Assembly: GCA_040767965.1 (NCBI GenBank)
Contig: JAXGNR010000014.1
Span: forward strand, 1-40,595
Direction of reading: 5' to 3'
Length of the DNA stretch: 40,595 nt
Source: Atribacterota bacterium
GTDB taxonomy: Bacteria > Atribacterota > Phoenicimicrobiia > Phoenicimicrobiales > Stramentimicrobiaceae
The position numbers and the translations under genes were made by a program. Within the stretch, counting starts at the first letter, position 1; every line of letters begins with the position of its first letter. The notes below the pieces were generated by a model. That model was given only the letters and a program-made list of their open reading frames with translations, searched no databases and was not told the DNA's origin. Positions 19,432-28,504 of the stretch are shown here, one piece after another.

Positions 19432-19518
19432 TTAGCATTCTTCCTTTAAATCTCTTTCAATTAAAATTTCTCTTATTATATCAATTATTTCTTCGGTCCA
19501 ATTATTATTGTTTTCCAT
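19432..19518 (-). CDS. unannotated 28-aa small protein MENNNNWTEEIIDIIREILIERDLKEEC
   Basis: GAAAGGAG RBS 6 nt before ATG 19518; TAA at 19434-19432; amphipathic acidic helix pattern. Confidence 0.55.
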   Translation of the reverse strand: MENNNNWTEEIIDIIREILIERDLKEEC

Positions 19519-19628
19519 TACTAACTCCTTTCATTCCTGGCAAATATTTTTGAAATAATTTTATTTGATTATACAAGTAAAGAAAAAGAAAGGATGGAAA
19601 CCATTTTTTAAAAATTTTTTATTCTGTA

Positions 19629-20381
19629 CTAAGCTATTACCACAATTGGAATGCCATTATAGTTATCAACATACGCAGTCACATCATAAACTTCTAATAT
19701 GTTTGCAGAGTTTATTATATCGCTTTCCCCTTCTGAAAATATTTCCCCATCTTTTAACATAATAAATTTATCAGAAAATCTTAAGGTTAGATTTAAGTCA
19801 TGCATTACTACAATGGAGGCAATATTTTGAGATTTAGAAACATTCCTGATAATTTCCATTACTACCATTTGATTTTTAAGATCAAGATTATTGGTAGGTT
19901 CATCTAATAAAAGCACCTGAGGTTCCTGCACAAGTGCCCTGGCAATTATTACTTTTTGCAGCTCTCCACCACTCAACTCGTTGGTATTTTTTAATGCAAG
20001 TTCTTCCAGTTCCATTATTTTTAATATCCGACTGGTAATTTCAAGATCTTCCTTAGTAACTTCCCATTTAATATGTGGTTTTCTGCCCAGCAATACAGAA
20101 TCAAAGACATTGATATAATTACCACTTGTATGTTGGGAAACATAGGCCATTTTTTTGGCAATTTCCTTTTGGTTTAGTGTGCTTAACTTAAAATTATCAA
20201 TTAATATAGAACCTTTTTTGGGTTTTAGCATTCTATTGATGCATTTTAAAAGTGTTGACTTGCCTGCCCCATTAACACCTAAAACAGAAACTACCTCTCC
20301 TTTATTTACCTTAAATTTCACATTTTTTAGAATATTTTTACTCTGATATGAGAATTCAATATCATCAACTGAAAGTATCAT
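19629..20381 (-). CDS. FecE/BtuD-type metal-chelate ABC transporter ATPase
   Basis: GVNGAGKST, LSGGELQKVIIARALVQEP, LLLDEPTNNLD, MHDLNL. Confidence 0.92.
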   Translation of the reverse strand: MILSVDDIEFSYQSKNILKNVKFKVNKGEVVSVLGVNGAGKSTLLKCINRMLKPKKGSILIDNFKLSTLNQKEIAKKMAYVSQHTSGNYINVFDSVLLGRKPHIKWEVTKEDLEITSRILKIMELEELALKNTNELSGGELQKVIIARALVQEPQVLLLDEPTNNLDLKNQMVVMEIIRNVSKSQNIASIVVMHDLNLTLRFSDKFIMLKDGEIFSEGESDIINSANILEVYDVTAYVDNYNGIPIVVIA

Positions 20382-20489
20382 CTTAAAATTTCTCCTTTTA
20401 AAAAGACAATTCTCATTTTTAATTAATTATACCACTTTGAAAAAAACATTATAAACCATAAATCTCTGGTATTTTTTGTTGAATTTCAC

Positions 20490-21545
20490 TTATTTATACA
20501 TTTTTACCAGCAAATACAAAAACAGAGGTGCTCCCATAAAAGAAGTAAGTATCCCTACAGGCAATATTACTGGAGAAATTACAGTTCTGGCAATAGTATC
20601 AGATATTAATAATAATATTGCTCCAAACAAAGCCGATATTGGAATAAGATATCTGTAGTCTCCACCAATTAAAATCCTTACCAGATGAGGACAAATTAAT
20701 CCTACAAATCCTATAATGCCCAGAAATGCTACATTTACTGAAACCAGCAAGGCTGCTATAAGCATTCCTATCAGTCGGGTTTTTTCCGTATTGACACCAA
20801 GTGATTTAGCACTTTCTTCACCACTTTCCAGAGCATTAAAGTCCCACCTTTTATAGATAAAGTAAATTAAGGAAAAAACCATGGTAACAAACATTATTCC
20901 AACCTCAACCCAAAGAGGTCTTCCAAGATCTCCAAAAGTCCAGTAAACCATTGATGCCAATTGCAAATCATTGGCAAAATACTGAATTACCATCGTTCCA
21001 GCTGAAAACAAAGAACCCATAGCAATACCTGCTAATACCATTGCTTCAGGAGGAAAATTTCTTAATTTCGCCATTAACAAGATTATTAATACTGATAAGA
21101 ATGCCCCTAAAAAAGCAAAAATAGTAACAGCATACGGACTATTGATAAATATCTTCCCGGTAGGCTCGGATCCTCCAATGCCAAAAACTATTATCGCAAA
21201 AGCTGCTCCAAACATAGCCCCATGAGAAATCCCAATTGTATAAGGAGAGGCAAGCGGATTTCTCAGCGTGCATTGCATTACAGCACCGGAGGTCGCAAGC
21301 GATATGCCGGCAATAATTGCCGCAATAATCCTTGGCAGTCTGATATTCCAGATAATTAAACTTGCTGAGGTATCTCCTTGCCCAATTAACACTTTCAAGA
21401 TCTGGGAAATTGATATCTGATAACCTCCAATAGATAGAGCATAGAGGCTTAAAATAAGTAATAAAACGGAAAAAGAAATTCCAATATTTTTTTTTCTTTT
21501 ATTTAATTCTTCATACTTTTTACTGATATCTTTTTTTTCACTCAA
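20490..21545 (-). CDS. FecCD/BtuC-type ABC permease
   Basis: IRLPRI, SGAVMQCTLRNPLASPYTIG, GEESAKSLGV, IGFVGLICPHLVR, LPVGILTSFMGAPLF. Confidence 0.92.
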   Translation of the reverse strand: MSEKKDISKKYEELNKRKKNIGISFSVLLLILSLYALSIGGYQISISQILKVLIGQGDTSASLIIWNIRLPRIIAAIIAGISLATSGAVMQCTLRNPLASPYTIGISHGAMFGAAFAIIVFGIGGSEPTGKIFINSPYAVTIFAFLGAFLSVLIILLMAKLRNFPPEAMVLAGIAMGSLFSAGTMVIQYFANDLQLASMVYWTFGDLGRPLWVEVGIMFVTMVFSLIYFIYKRWDFNALESGEESAKSLGVNTEKTRLIGMLIAALLVSVNVAFLGIIGFVGLICPHLVRILIGGDYRYLIPISALFGAILLLISDTIARTVISPVILPVGILTSFMGAPLFLYLLVKMYK

Positions 21546-21575
21546 TATAAATAATTATATAAACCTTTCACTAAT

Positions 21576-22679
21576 TTATTCATATTTTTTAAAAGCACCA
21601 AATCTATCCTTCAGTTGAATATAAGCATTTTCACCTTTTCCATTATAAAAAGAATTATAAATTTCAATGCTCTTCTCATCAATGTCAACATCCTGGAACA
21701 ATTCAGGGTAAACTGTTTTACCGACATAATAAGCATTTGCAATCAAGTTTTCCTTGTTATAGGAATACCAGCAATAAGGAAGTACATAATAAACTTCTTT
21801 TTCCTTTACTGCTTTTAATTCGCTAAACGGGCTGGTTTTTAAATCGCTTTCCAAAGTAGAAAGAGAAACAGGAGATATAAATATTATATCTGGATTCCAT
21901 CCAACCAAAGCCTCCTTGTCTACATTTATGCCTGAACTCAAATCAGATAATTCAAAGGCAACATTTTTGACATTAATCAGATTAAAAGGTGGCCATTGTG
22001 GATCTGTACCGGTAATACCATGAGATCCAAAGAAGGCTCTGCCTCCAATATAAGCATTTACTTTATTTACTTCGGAAATACCCTTGGTTCTCTCTTCTAA
22101 ATCAAACGCATAATCTTTTATAATATTAATAAGCTCTGCGGCTTTTTCTTGTTTATTTAGAACTTCTCCAATAATTTCTAAAGAATCAAAAAATAACTTA
22201 TCCTGTCCAGGAGTTCCCACTGGGTTTGTATAGACTGCAACTACCGGGATTTTTGTTTTATTCATTAAATCATCTACCTGTTTTCTGTCACTGGCTCCCA
22301 TAAAAATTACATCTGGTTTTAATTGGATAATTATCTCATGATTAAAACCGCTTCCTCCTACTCCAATATTAACCACCGGTAAATCATATAGTTCCGGGTA
22401 GGCAAGCATATATGGCAAATCTGACCCTTGTGGAACTCCTTTCTCGTCAGTTTCTGATTTCTCCCTGTATTCAATTCCAACCACTTTTTCTGCTACATTG
22501 AAAGCAACAATTTCTCTTAGAGAACTGCCTACTGCTAGAATTCTCTCGACTTTCTTTGGTATTGACACTTCTCTTCCCAATATATCATTTATTATTATCT
22601 CTTCGGCTGACCCAATAATTGACAAGACAGCCAATAAAAAACTTATAAAAATTACTGTTAAAATTTTTTTGCTGAACAT
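21576..22679 (-). CDS. class III (FecB/BtuF-like) metal ABC substrate-binding protein
   Basis: Signal peptide, DILGREVSIPKKVERI, LKPDVIF, WNPDIIF, LPYCWY. Start set to ATG 22679 (RBS GGAGG at 22692-22688). Confidence 0.88.
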   Translation of the reverse strand: MFSKKILTVIFISFLLAVLSIIGSAEEIIINDILGREVSIPKKVERILAVGSSLREIVAFNVAEKVVGIEYREKSETDEKGVPQGSDLPYMLAYPELYDLPVVNIGVGGSGFNHEIIIQLKPDVIFMGASDRKQVDDLMNKTKIPVVAVYTNPVGTPGQDKLFFDSLEIIGEVLNKQEKAAELINIIKDYAFDLEERTKGISEVNKVNAYIGGRAFFGSHGITGTDPQWPPFNLINVKNVAFELSDLSSGINVDKEALVGWNPDIIFISPVSLSTLESDLKTSPFSELKAVKEKEVYYVLPYCWYSYNKENLIANAYYVGKTVYPELFQDVDIDEKSIEIYNSFYNGKGENAYIQLKDRFGAFKKYE

Positions 22680-22704
22680 TACGAAATCCTCCATGTGTTT
22701 AATA

Positions 22705-22753
22705 ATTTAAAAACAGTGTTACTATTTTAATAATTGTAACACTGTTTTTAAAT
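22705..22753. promoter_or_regulatory. 18-bp perfect inverted repeat with core GTGTTAC-N13-GTAACAC (NikR-like operator and/or terminator)
   Basis: ATTTAAAAACAGTGTTAC (22705-22722), 13 nt spacer, GTAACACTGTTTTTAAAT (22736-22753), just upstream of the metal ABC operon. Confidence 0.65.
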
Positions 22754-22813
22754 AAAGCAAGTAATTATGCTGTTAATCATACAAAAACATTATTAGTATT
22801 CTTATAATGTCTT

Positions 22814-24880
22814 TTAAAGCAAATTGTCAACTTTTTCAATACTACACATAAATAATCTATTGGAAGTTGTGCTGGTTATGGAGTCTTTTAAATTATCATC
22901 TGTTAATAAATTCAAGTTATACTTTTCTTCACATTCACCCCATCCCCAGGCTATTCTTATCTTTCCAGGGGCAATAATATCGGTAATATTTGCTTTCATC
23001 TGAATTTGGCCATTAGGTGTAAGTATGTTGATCAAATCATTTTGATTAATATTTCTTTTCTGTGCATCCAGCGGGTTAACATCGGCTGATGGCTCGTCCT
23101 CTTTTTTTCTTAGAAAGTCTATGTGTCGAAATTGTGAATGAACAAAATGATTTGGCCTTTGTCCGCTTAAACCTGTCAAAGGATAGGCTTCTTTTTGTTG
23201 ATAGAAAGAAGGGTTCTGAGATTGAAAATCTTCCCAGAAATCCGGCACAGATCTGTAATTGTATTTTTTTAACAAAGAAGAGTCTATTTCAACTTTACCA
23301 GAAGGTGTTTTAAATCCTTCGATAATATATTTTTGATATCGGGTATCTTCTGAGGTGATTCCTGCTAGATTTTTAATTATATCTTTTGTTTGCAAACCTG
23401 CAGGCAAAAGTTGATCATCAATAGCTTCTTCTACATTTTCCCAAGGGAATTCTTTATTAAAACCTAATCTTTTAGCCATTAAAAATACAATCTCCCAATC
23501 AGGCTTACTTTCACCTACTGGCTCAATTACCTTTTTCTGTAGTCTGACACAATTATTTGAAACTGCATTATTACTAAGCATGGTTTGCTCAAAAGAAAAA
23601 CTTGCCGGTAAAATTATATTTGCTAATTTAGCTGTTTGAGTCATCATCGGATCAATAACAACAACAAATTCAAGCTTTTGCAATGCCTGTCTGACTCTTT
23701 TAATATTAGCCATTGTCACCAAGGGGTTTGCTCCTTGTATAAGGAGTCCTTTTATAGGATATGGCTTTTCTTCAATAATCGAATCTATCAAAGTACCCAG
23801 CACATGGATACCCCTTCTAGTGCTATATTGGCTAAATAGAGGATAATTCTGACTTATAGAAAGAGGGGGCTGGAAAAAAGATTCTCTTAATTGGTAATTT
23901 TTTATCTTTATTGGTTGTGGAATTAAGTCTCCCCCTTTTTTATCCAGATTACCGCTAATAGCTCTTAAAATTGCAATTGCTCTGGTAACCTGGGCCATAT
24001 TGCAATGCATATCAAGCCCATTCCCTTCAGCAATACAAGCAGGGGTATTATTAGCATATAATTGGGCAGCTTCTACTATCTTTTCTTCAGGTAACTGCAC
24101 AATGGCTGCTATTTTCTCTGGGGGATATTTGTCAATATTTTTTTTTAAAGAATCAAAACCAATCGTGTATTCTTCAATAAATTTTCTATCAATCAAATTA
24201 TGTTTTATCAGATAATTAATAAAAGTCATAGCTAAAAATCCATCAGTTCCGGGTTTTATCTGCAGCCAGACATCAGCCATTTCGGCTAATCTGGTTTTTA
24301 CAGGATCAATTACTACTAACTTTGCTCCCTTATTTATTGCATATAATAAGTCTTCAAAGGCTGTGGGATTAGTGTCCTGATCATTTCTTCCCCAACAAAT
24401 AATACAATTGCTATTCTTGTAATCTGGACTGGTCATCTCTCCATAAGTAAAAGTTTGCAAAGCTTCTCTCCCGGCATGGCAAACAGAACCGTTACCAATT
24501 ACATTAGGAGAGCCAAAAGCATGCATCAAGCGCATGGCATAATGCCAATTGCCTCCCCAATCAGGCGCCTGTCCTCTTAACCAGCAGAATGCTTCAGCAC
24601 CATATTTATCTTTAACAATATTCATTTTACTGCAAACCATATCTAATGCATTGTCCCAGGATGTTTCCCCCCATTCACCTTCTTCGTTTTTTACCAAAGG
24701 ATGCACTATTCTCCTGGGAGAATAAATAATCTCTGGAACTGCCTGTAATTTTGGACAATTCTGGTGAATTGCTTCAGAGTATCTTTTGACTCTTTCTGCT
24801 GTTACTATTTTTCCGTTTAGTATTTCCACTTCCACAGGGCAGCATCCTGAACATAATCTGCATATGGTATTTATTCTCAT
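22814..24880 (-). CDS. Mo/W-bis-PGD oxidoreductase (DMSO reductase superfamily), cytoplasmic, substrate unknown
   Basis: N-terminal CRLCSGCC...CPK 4Fe-4S motif; SWDNALD; IDPVKT; KPGTDG; TQTAKLANIILP; FKTPSGKVE; HSQFR; C-terminal molybdopterin-binding domain. No twin-arginine signal. Confidence 0.9.
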   Translation of the reverse strand: MRINTICRLCSGCCPVEVEILNGKIVTAERVKRYSEAIHQNCPKLQAVPEIIYSPRRIVHPLVKNEEGEWGETSWDNALDMVCSKMNIVKDKYGAEAFCWLRGQAPDWGGNWHYAMRLMHAFGSPNVIGNGSVCHAGREALQTFTYGEMTSPDYKNSNCIICWGRNDQDTNPTAFEDLLYAINKGAKLVVIDPVKTRLAEMADVWLQIKPGTDGFLAMTFINYLIKHNLIDRKFIEEYTIGFDSLKKNIDKYPPEKIAAIVQLPEEKIVEAAQLYANNTPACIAEGNGLDMHCNMAQVTRAIAILRAISGNLDKKGGDLIPQPIKIKNYQLRESFFQPPLSISQNYPLFSQYSTRRGIHVLGTLIDSIIEEKPYPIKGLLIQGANPLVTMANIKRVRQALQKLEFVVVIDPMMTQTAKLANIILPASFSFEQTMLSNNAVSNNCVRLQKKVIEPVGESKPDWEIVFLMAKRLGFNKEFPWENVEEAIDDQLLPAGLQTKDIIKNLAGITSEDTRYQKYIIEGFKTPSGKVEIDSSLLKKYNYRSVPDFWEDFQSQNPSFYQQKEAYPLTGLSGQRPNHFVHSQFRHIDFLRKKEDEPSADVNPLDAQKRNINQNDLINILTPNGQIQMKANITDIIAPGKIRIAWGWGECEEKYNLNLLTDDNLKDSITSTTSNRLFMCSIEKVDNLL

Positions 24881-24914
24881 TTTTTACCTCTGTCTCTTTC
24901 CTAAATCTACTTAT

Positions 24915-26876
24915 CTACTTAGCAATATTATATTGCACTGAATTAATATCAGCTGTTTGTTTTTTAATTTTTCTTTGCTGAAGAAATATACCTATAAATA
25001 AAACAATTCCTGCATAGTTTAACCAGCGAAGGGGGAAAAACATACTTAAAGCTGATAATAAAATTAACATGCGATTTATAAAAGATAAATAAGTAAAAAT
25101 ATATCTTTCCCAAAATATAGCAAAAGCCACCAGGCCGCCTAAGATCATGATAGCTGTTTCGAAAATCATCCAGGGGGTTCCCTGTAATAATATTTCCGGG
25201 CGATAATAAAATAAAAAAGGTAATATATAAAGTCCTTTTGAAAATTTAAAAGCAGTAAGCATGGTTTTAACCGGGTCTGCCCCGGCAATGCCTGCCCCTA
25301 CTATCGATGCCAGCCCTACAGGTGGAGTTATCTCAGAGTTAATACTGAACCAGATCATAATCATATGGGCAACAACTAGTGGGAATCCAAGCCCTGTAAG
25401 ACTTGGTCCTGCAGTGATAGCCACAATAATATAAGCAGCGCTACTGGGTAAACCCATTCCTAAAATTGTTGAAATTAAACCTACCAAAAAAATAGCTAAA
25501 AAAGAATTTTCATGGCTTAAACCAGAAAGAAACCAGGATATTTTTAACCCTAATCCTGTTAATCCTACCAGAGAAAGAATAATACCGATACATGGCACAA
25601 GACTGCCGATATTAAGAGAATATCTGCCGCCTGTTACCAAAGAATTATAAATAAAAAGTAAATTAAGAGATCTCTTTTTAATGATATGGGTGATAATTAA
25701 TGTAGTAATACCAAAAAAAGCTGCAAGGCTTGGTGAAAATCCCAATATCATAACTAAAATAATAAAAAATAAAGCGAAAAAATAATACCAGCCTTTTTTT
25801 ATCAAAAAACTCCAATTTTCATCATTATCTTTATCTATTGAACCAATATTTTCTTTTTTGGCTTCTAAATGAACAAAAACAAAAAGAGTTAAATAATACA
25901 AAATAATTGGTAAAGATGCTATAGCTATTATTTTTAAATAAGGTATGCTGGTAAATTCCACCATTATAAAAGCGACTGCACCCATTACCGGTGGCATTAT
26001 CTGTCCTCCGGTAGAGGCAGAAGCTTCAATAGCTGCTGCAACATGGGGCTTATAACCTATTTGCTTCATCATTGGGATAGTAAACACTCCTGTTGAGGAT
26101 ACATTGGCAATAGCACTACCTGATACTGAACCTAATAAAGCGCTGCCTAAAATGGCCGCCTTGGCTGGTCCGCCAGCAGTTTTACCGGTAATTGCAAAAG
26201 CCAGCTTAATAAAAAAATCACCTGCCCCGGTTTTTTCTAAAAATGCTCCAAACAAGATAAAAGGAATTACATATTGAATCATTATCCTGCTTACCATTCC
26301 ATAATAACCTTCCATGCCACAAAAAACCTGACTGACAATGGTCTGAATTGAAAATCCGGCATGCCCAAAACGACCAGGAATGTTATTCCCAAAAAAAGCA
26401 TACACCAAGAGCAACCCCGCTGTAATTGTTAATGTCCAGCCGATAACTCTTCTTCCAATATCTAACCCGATAATAATCATGATAATTCCTATAACGATAT
26501 CAAAATTATTAAGAGAGCTTAAACGGGAAAAACGTTCATAAGGATTATGCATAATATAAAAAGAACCAATTATAATGAAGAATACAAACAAATAATCAAT
26601 GTACAAAGAAATTTTTTTATTGGTTTTCTGAGAAAAAGGATAAATAATAACACACAATATCATTACCAGCATCAAATAAATGGCACGTTGTGCAACCATA
26701 TCAAAAGTAATTACAATAGTCCAGTAAAGGACTAATGCTGACAGAGCTGCCATCATCAAAGAAGTTACTTTAACCCCGAAAGAATTCAAACTTCGTTCTT
26801 GTGGCATTAATCCATCGGAAGAAATAGATTGCTGTTTAAATGAATCACTGTTATCGCCTGGCACGTTAATAGTCAT
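24915..26876 (-). CDS. TAXI-TRAP transporter fused 4TM/12TM permease
   Basis: GGPAKAA, GSVSGSAIANV, IPMMKQIGY, ASTGGQIMPPVMGAVAF, LGMGLPSSAAY, ITPPVGLA. Confidence 0.92.
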   Translation of the reverse strand: MTINVPGDNSDSFKQQSISSDGLMPQERSLNSFGVKVTSLMMAALSALVLYWTIVITFDMVAQRAIYLMLVMILCVIIYPFSQKTNKKISLYIDYLFVFFIIIGSFYIMHNPYERFSRLSSLNNFDIVIGIIMIIIGLDIGRRVIGWTLTITAGLLLVYAFFGNNIPGRFGHAGFSIQTIVSQVFCGMEGYYGMVSRIMIQYVIPFILFGAFLEKTGAGDFFIKLAFAITGKTAGGPAKAAILGSALLGSVSGSAIANVSSTGVFTIPMMKQIGYKPHVAAAIEASASTGGQIMPPVMGAVAFIMVEFTSIPYLKIIAIASLPIILYYLTLFVFVHLEAKKENIGSIDKDNDENWSFLIKKGWYYFFALFFIILVMILGFSPSLAAFFGITTLIITHIIKKRSLNLLFIYNSLVTGGRYSLNIGSLVPCIGIILSLVGLTGLGLKISWFLSGLSHENSFLAIFLVGLISTILGMGLPSSAAYIIVAITAGPSLTGLGFPLVVAHMIMIWFSINSEITPPVGLASIVGAGIAGADPVKTMLTAFKFSKGLYILPFLFYYRPEILLQGTPWMIFETAIMILGGLVAFAIFWERYIFTYLSFINRMLILLSALSMFFPLRWLNYAGIVLFIGIFLQQRKIKKQTADINSVQYNIAK

Positions 26877-26920
26877 GATATTCCTTTCTCGTTTATCTTG
26901 CTTGTTTGTGAAGCAATTTT

Positions 26921-26953
26921 GTCGGCTGCAATACTGTTAAAAAAGCAGCCGAC
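26921..26953 (-). promoter_or_regulatory. intercistronic stem-loop after the TAXI binding-protein gene
   Basis: GTCGGCTGC (26921-26929) and GCAGCCGAC (26945-26953) form a 9 bp perfect inverted repeat. Confidence 0.6.
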
Positions 26954-26969
26954 TTTTTATAAATAGCAT

Positions 26970-27938
26970 TTAATTTATTAATCCCTGCTCCTGGAAGAAT
27001 TTTCTTGCTCCAGGATGCATTGGTATAGGTTCCCATTTTGCTGCATTTTCCAATGAGATCCCTCGACCAGCCGGATGAACTGCAGCCATATGCTTTAATC
27101 CATCTTCGCTATAAAGAGTTTTTACCATTTCATAAACCAGTTCTTCCGGAAGATCTTTATCACAAACCAGCATTGCCGCCATTCCAACCGTTTCAATAGT
27201 TTCATCAATTCCTTTGTAAGTTCCTGCAGGGATATCCATTGCAAGATACTTAGGATTTTCTGCAACCAGCTTATCCCTTAATCCTGGGGCAAATTTTAAT
27301 ATTTGGAAATCATGAGTTAGTGATAATTCAGTGAGACCTGCAGTGGGAATAGCAGCAATTTCCATCACTACATCAACCTGTCCCATTTTGATTGCCTGTA
27401 CTGCAGCATCTGCTGCCAGATAAACTGTTTTTTTGAAATCTTCTTCTGGATTAATCCCATGAAATTCACAAATTTCAAAAAAGATTTTATGCATCGAACC
27501 ACCAGGCGATCCTGCGCAGACAATTTTATCTTTTAAATCCGAATAACTTTCTATCTGACTTTTCTGCAAAGCATATGGTTCAACCCAATTACCAAACAAA
27601 ATGCCCATTCCTCTCATCTGATTGTAAGGGTGATCATAAGGTTCTTCACCCTGGAAAGCTATATAGGCATCTCCTGTGCTTACCAATCCCATATCTGATT
27701 CTCCTCTATCCAGGCGATTTAAGTTCTCATCAACACCTCCTGAAGATACTGCAGTTACATAAAGATCTGGTATGGTTTTAGAAAAATATTCGGCAATTCC
27801 TCCTCCCATAGGATAAAACCCTCCTCCCATGGGCCCGGTAGTAATAGATAATTGAATTTCACTAGCAAAAGCTGTTAAAGTGAAGACAGAAACAAAACTT
27901 AAAACTAAACCTATTAATAATAATCGTTTTTTACTCAT
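26970..27938 (-). CDS. TAXI family TRAP solute-binding protein
   Basis: Signal peptide; ITTGPMGGGFYPMGG, SSGGVDENL, IPAGTYKG and IPMHPGARKFFQE motifs. Confidence 0.92.
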   Translation of the reverse strand: MSKKRLLLIGLVLSFVSVFTLTAFASEIQLSITTGPMGGGFYPMGGGIAEYFSKTIPDLYVTAVSSGGVDENLNRLDRGESDMGLVSTGDAYIAFQGEEPYDHPYNQMRGMGILFGNWVEPYALQKSQIESYSDLKDKIVCAGSPGGSMHKIFFEICEFHGINPEEDFKKTVYLAADAAVQAIKMGQVDVVMEIAAIPTAGLTELSLTHDFQILKFAPGLRDKLVAENPKYLAMDIPAGTYKGIDETIETVGMAAMLVCDKDLPEELVYEMVKTLYSEDGLKHMAAVHPAGRGISLENAAKWEPIPMHPGARKFFQEQGLIN

Positions 27939-28035
27939 AAATATATCCCTCCAATAATTTATTTTTGATAATTTTATTTGTTTTCAATCCAAAATCAGGT
28001 TATGCTTTGTCGACAACCTCCTTTAATTTATAAAT

Positions 28036-28160
28036 AAAAAAAGCTCTTCATGTCTTCCTTTATAAAAAAGGGACGAAGAGCTTGCTTCGCGGTGCCACCC
28101 CGGTTGGATTAATGATTCTAATATCATTCTTTTTTCAATATTTTAATTATTAATCCCTCT
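28036..28160 (-). ncRNA. second (partial) T-box: antiterminator/terminator without Stem I
   Basis: T-box AACCGGGG-TGGCACC-GCG (28105-28088), its complement CGTCCC, terminator AAGCTCTTC...GAAGAGCTT plus U run (28083-28036), and a Stem III-like GGATTAAT...ATTAATCC. Confidence 0.88.
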
Positions 28161-28195
28161 TACTGAAATACAGGTATATTACTTAGTAGAACTGA

Positions 28196-28485
28196 ATAAA
28201 ATAAAAAATCCTCTCATCTGTTAGAGACGAAAGGAATCCGTGTTGCCACTCTTATTCTAGAACATAATTGTTCCACTCAACAGAATACTGGTAAAATTTT
28301 TTATTATGCTTTTAATATACCGATATTCTTTCCTTTTTTACGGGGGAAAACCGTCAGCACTTACTTTTTTGTTTCAGGCTGAAACTCCTGGGACCATTTA
28401 GCAATTCAGTTCTTTGCCACATCCCACCAACCGTGGCTCTCTTAAAAGTAAAACAGAATTGTTATTTAACCCAATCATGGTCTTT
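28196..28485 (-). ncRNA. complete T-box riboswitch, probable Trp (UGG) specifier
   Basis: Stem I with GA motif (ATGA...GGA), AGAG bulge, GGTGGGA loop and specifier loop CTAAATGGT (28401-28393); Stem II AGTA; T-box AATAAGAG-TGGCAAC-ACGG (28256-28238); terminator CCTTTCGTCT...AGATGAGAGG plus U run. Confidence 0.9.
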
Positions 28486-28504
28486 TGAATCTTAAATTGT
28501 ATTG

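Noticed and set aside
22814-24880. Calling the Mo enzyme acetylene hydratase, formate dehydrogenase or DMSO reductase
   Set aside because: It lacks the acetylene-hydratase Asp after the second Cys, has no Tat signal and no partner subunits; the sequence alone does not support a specific name.
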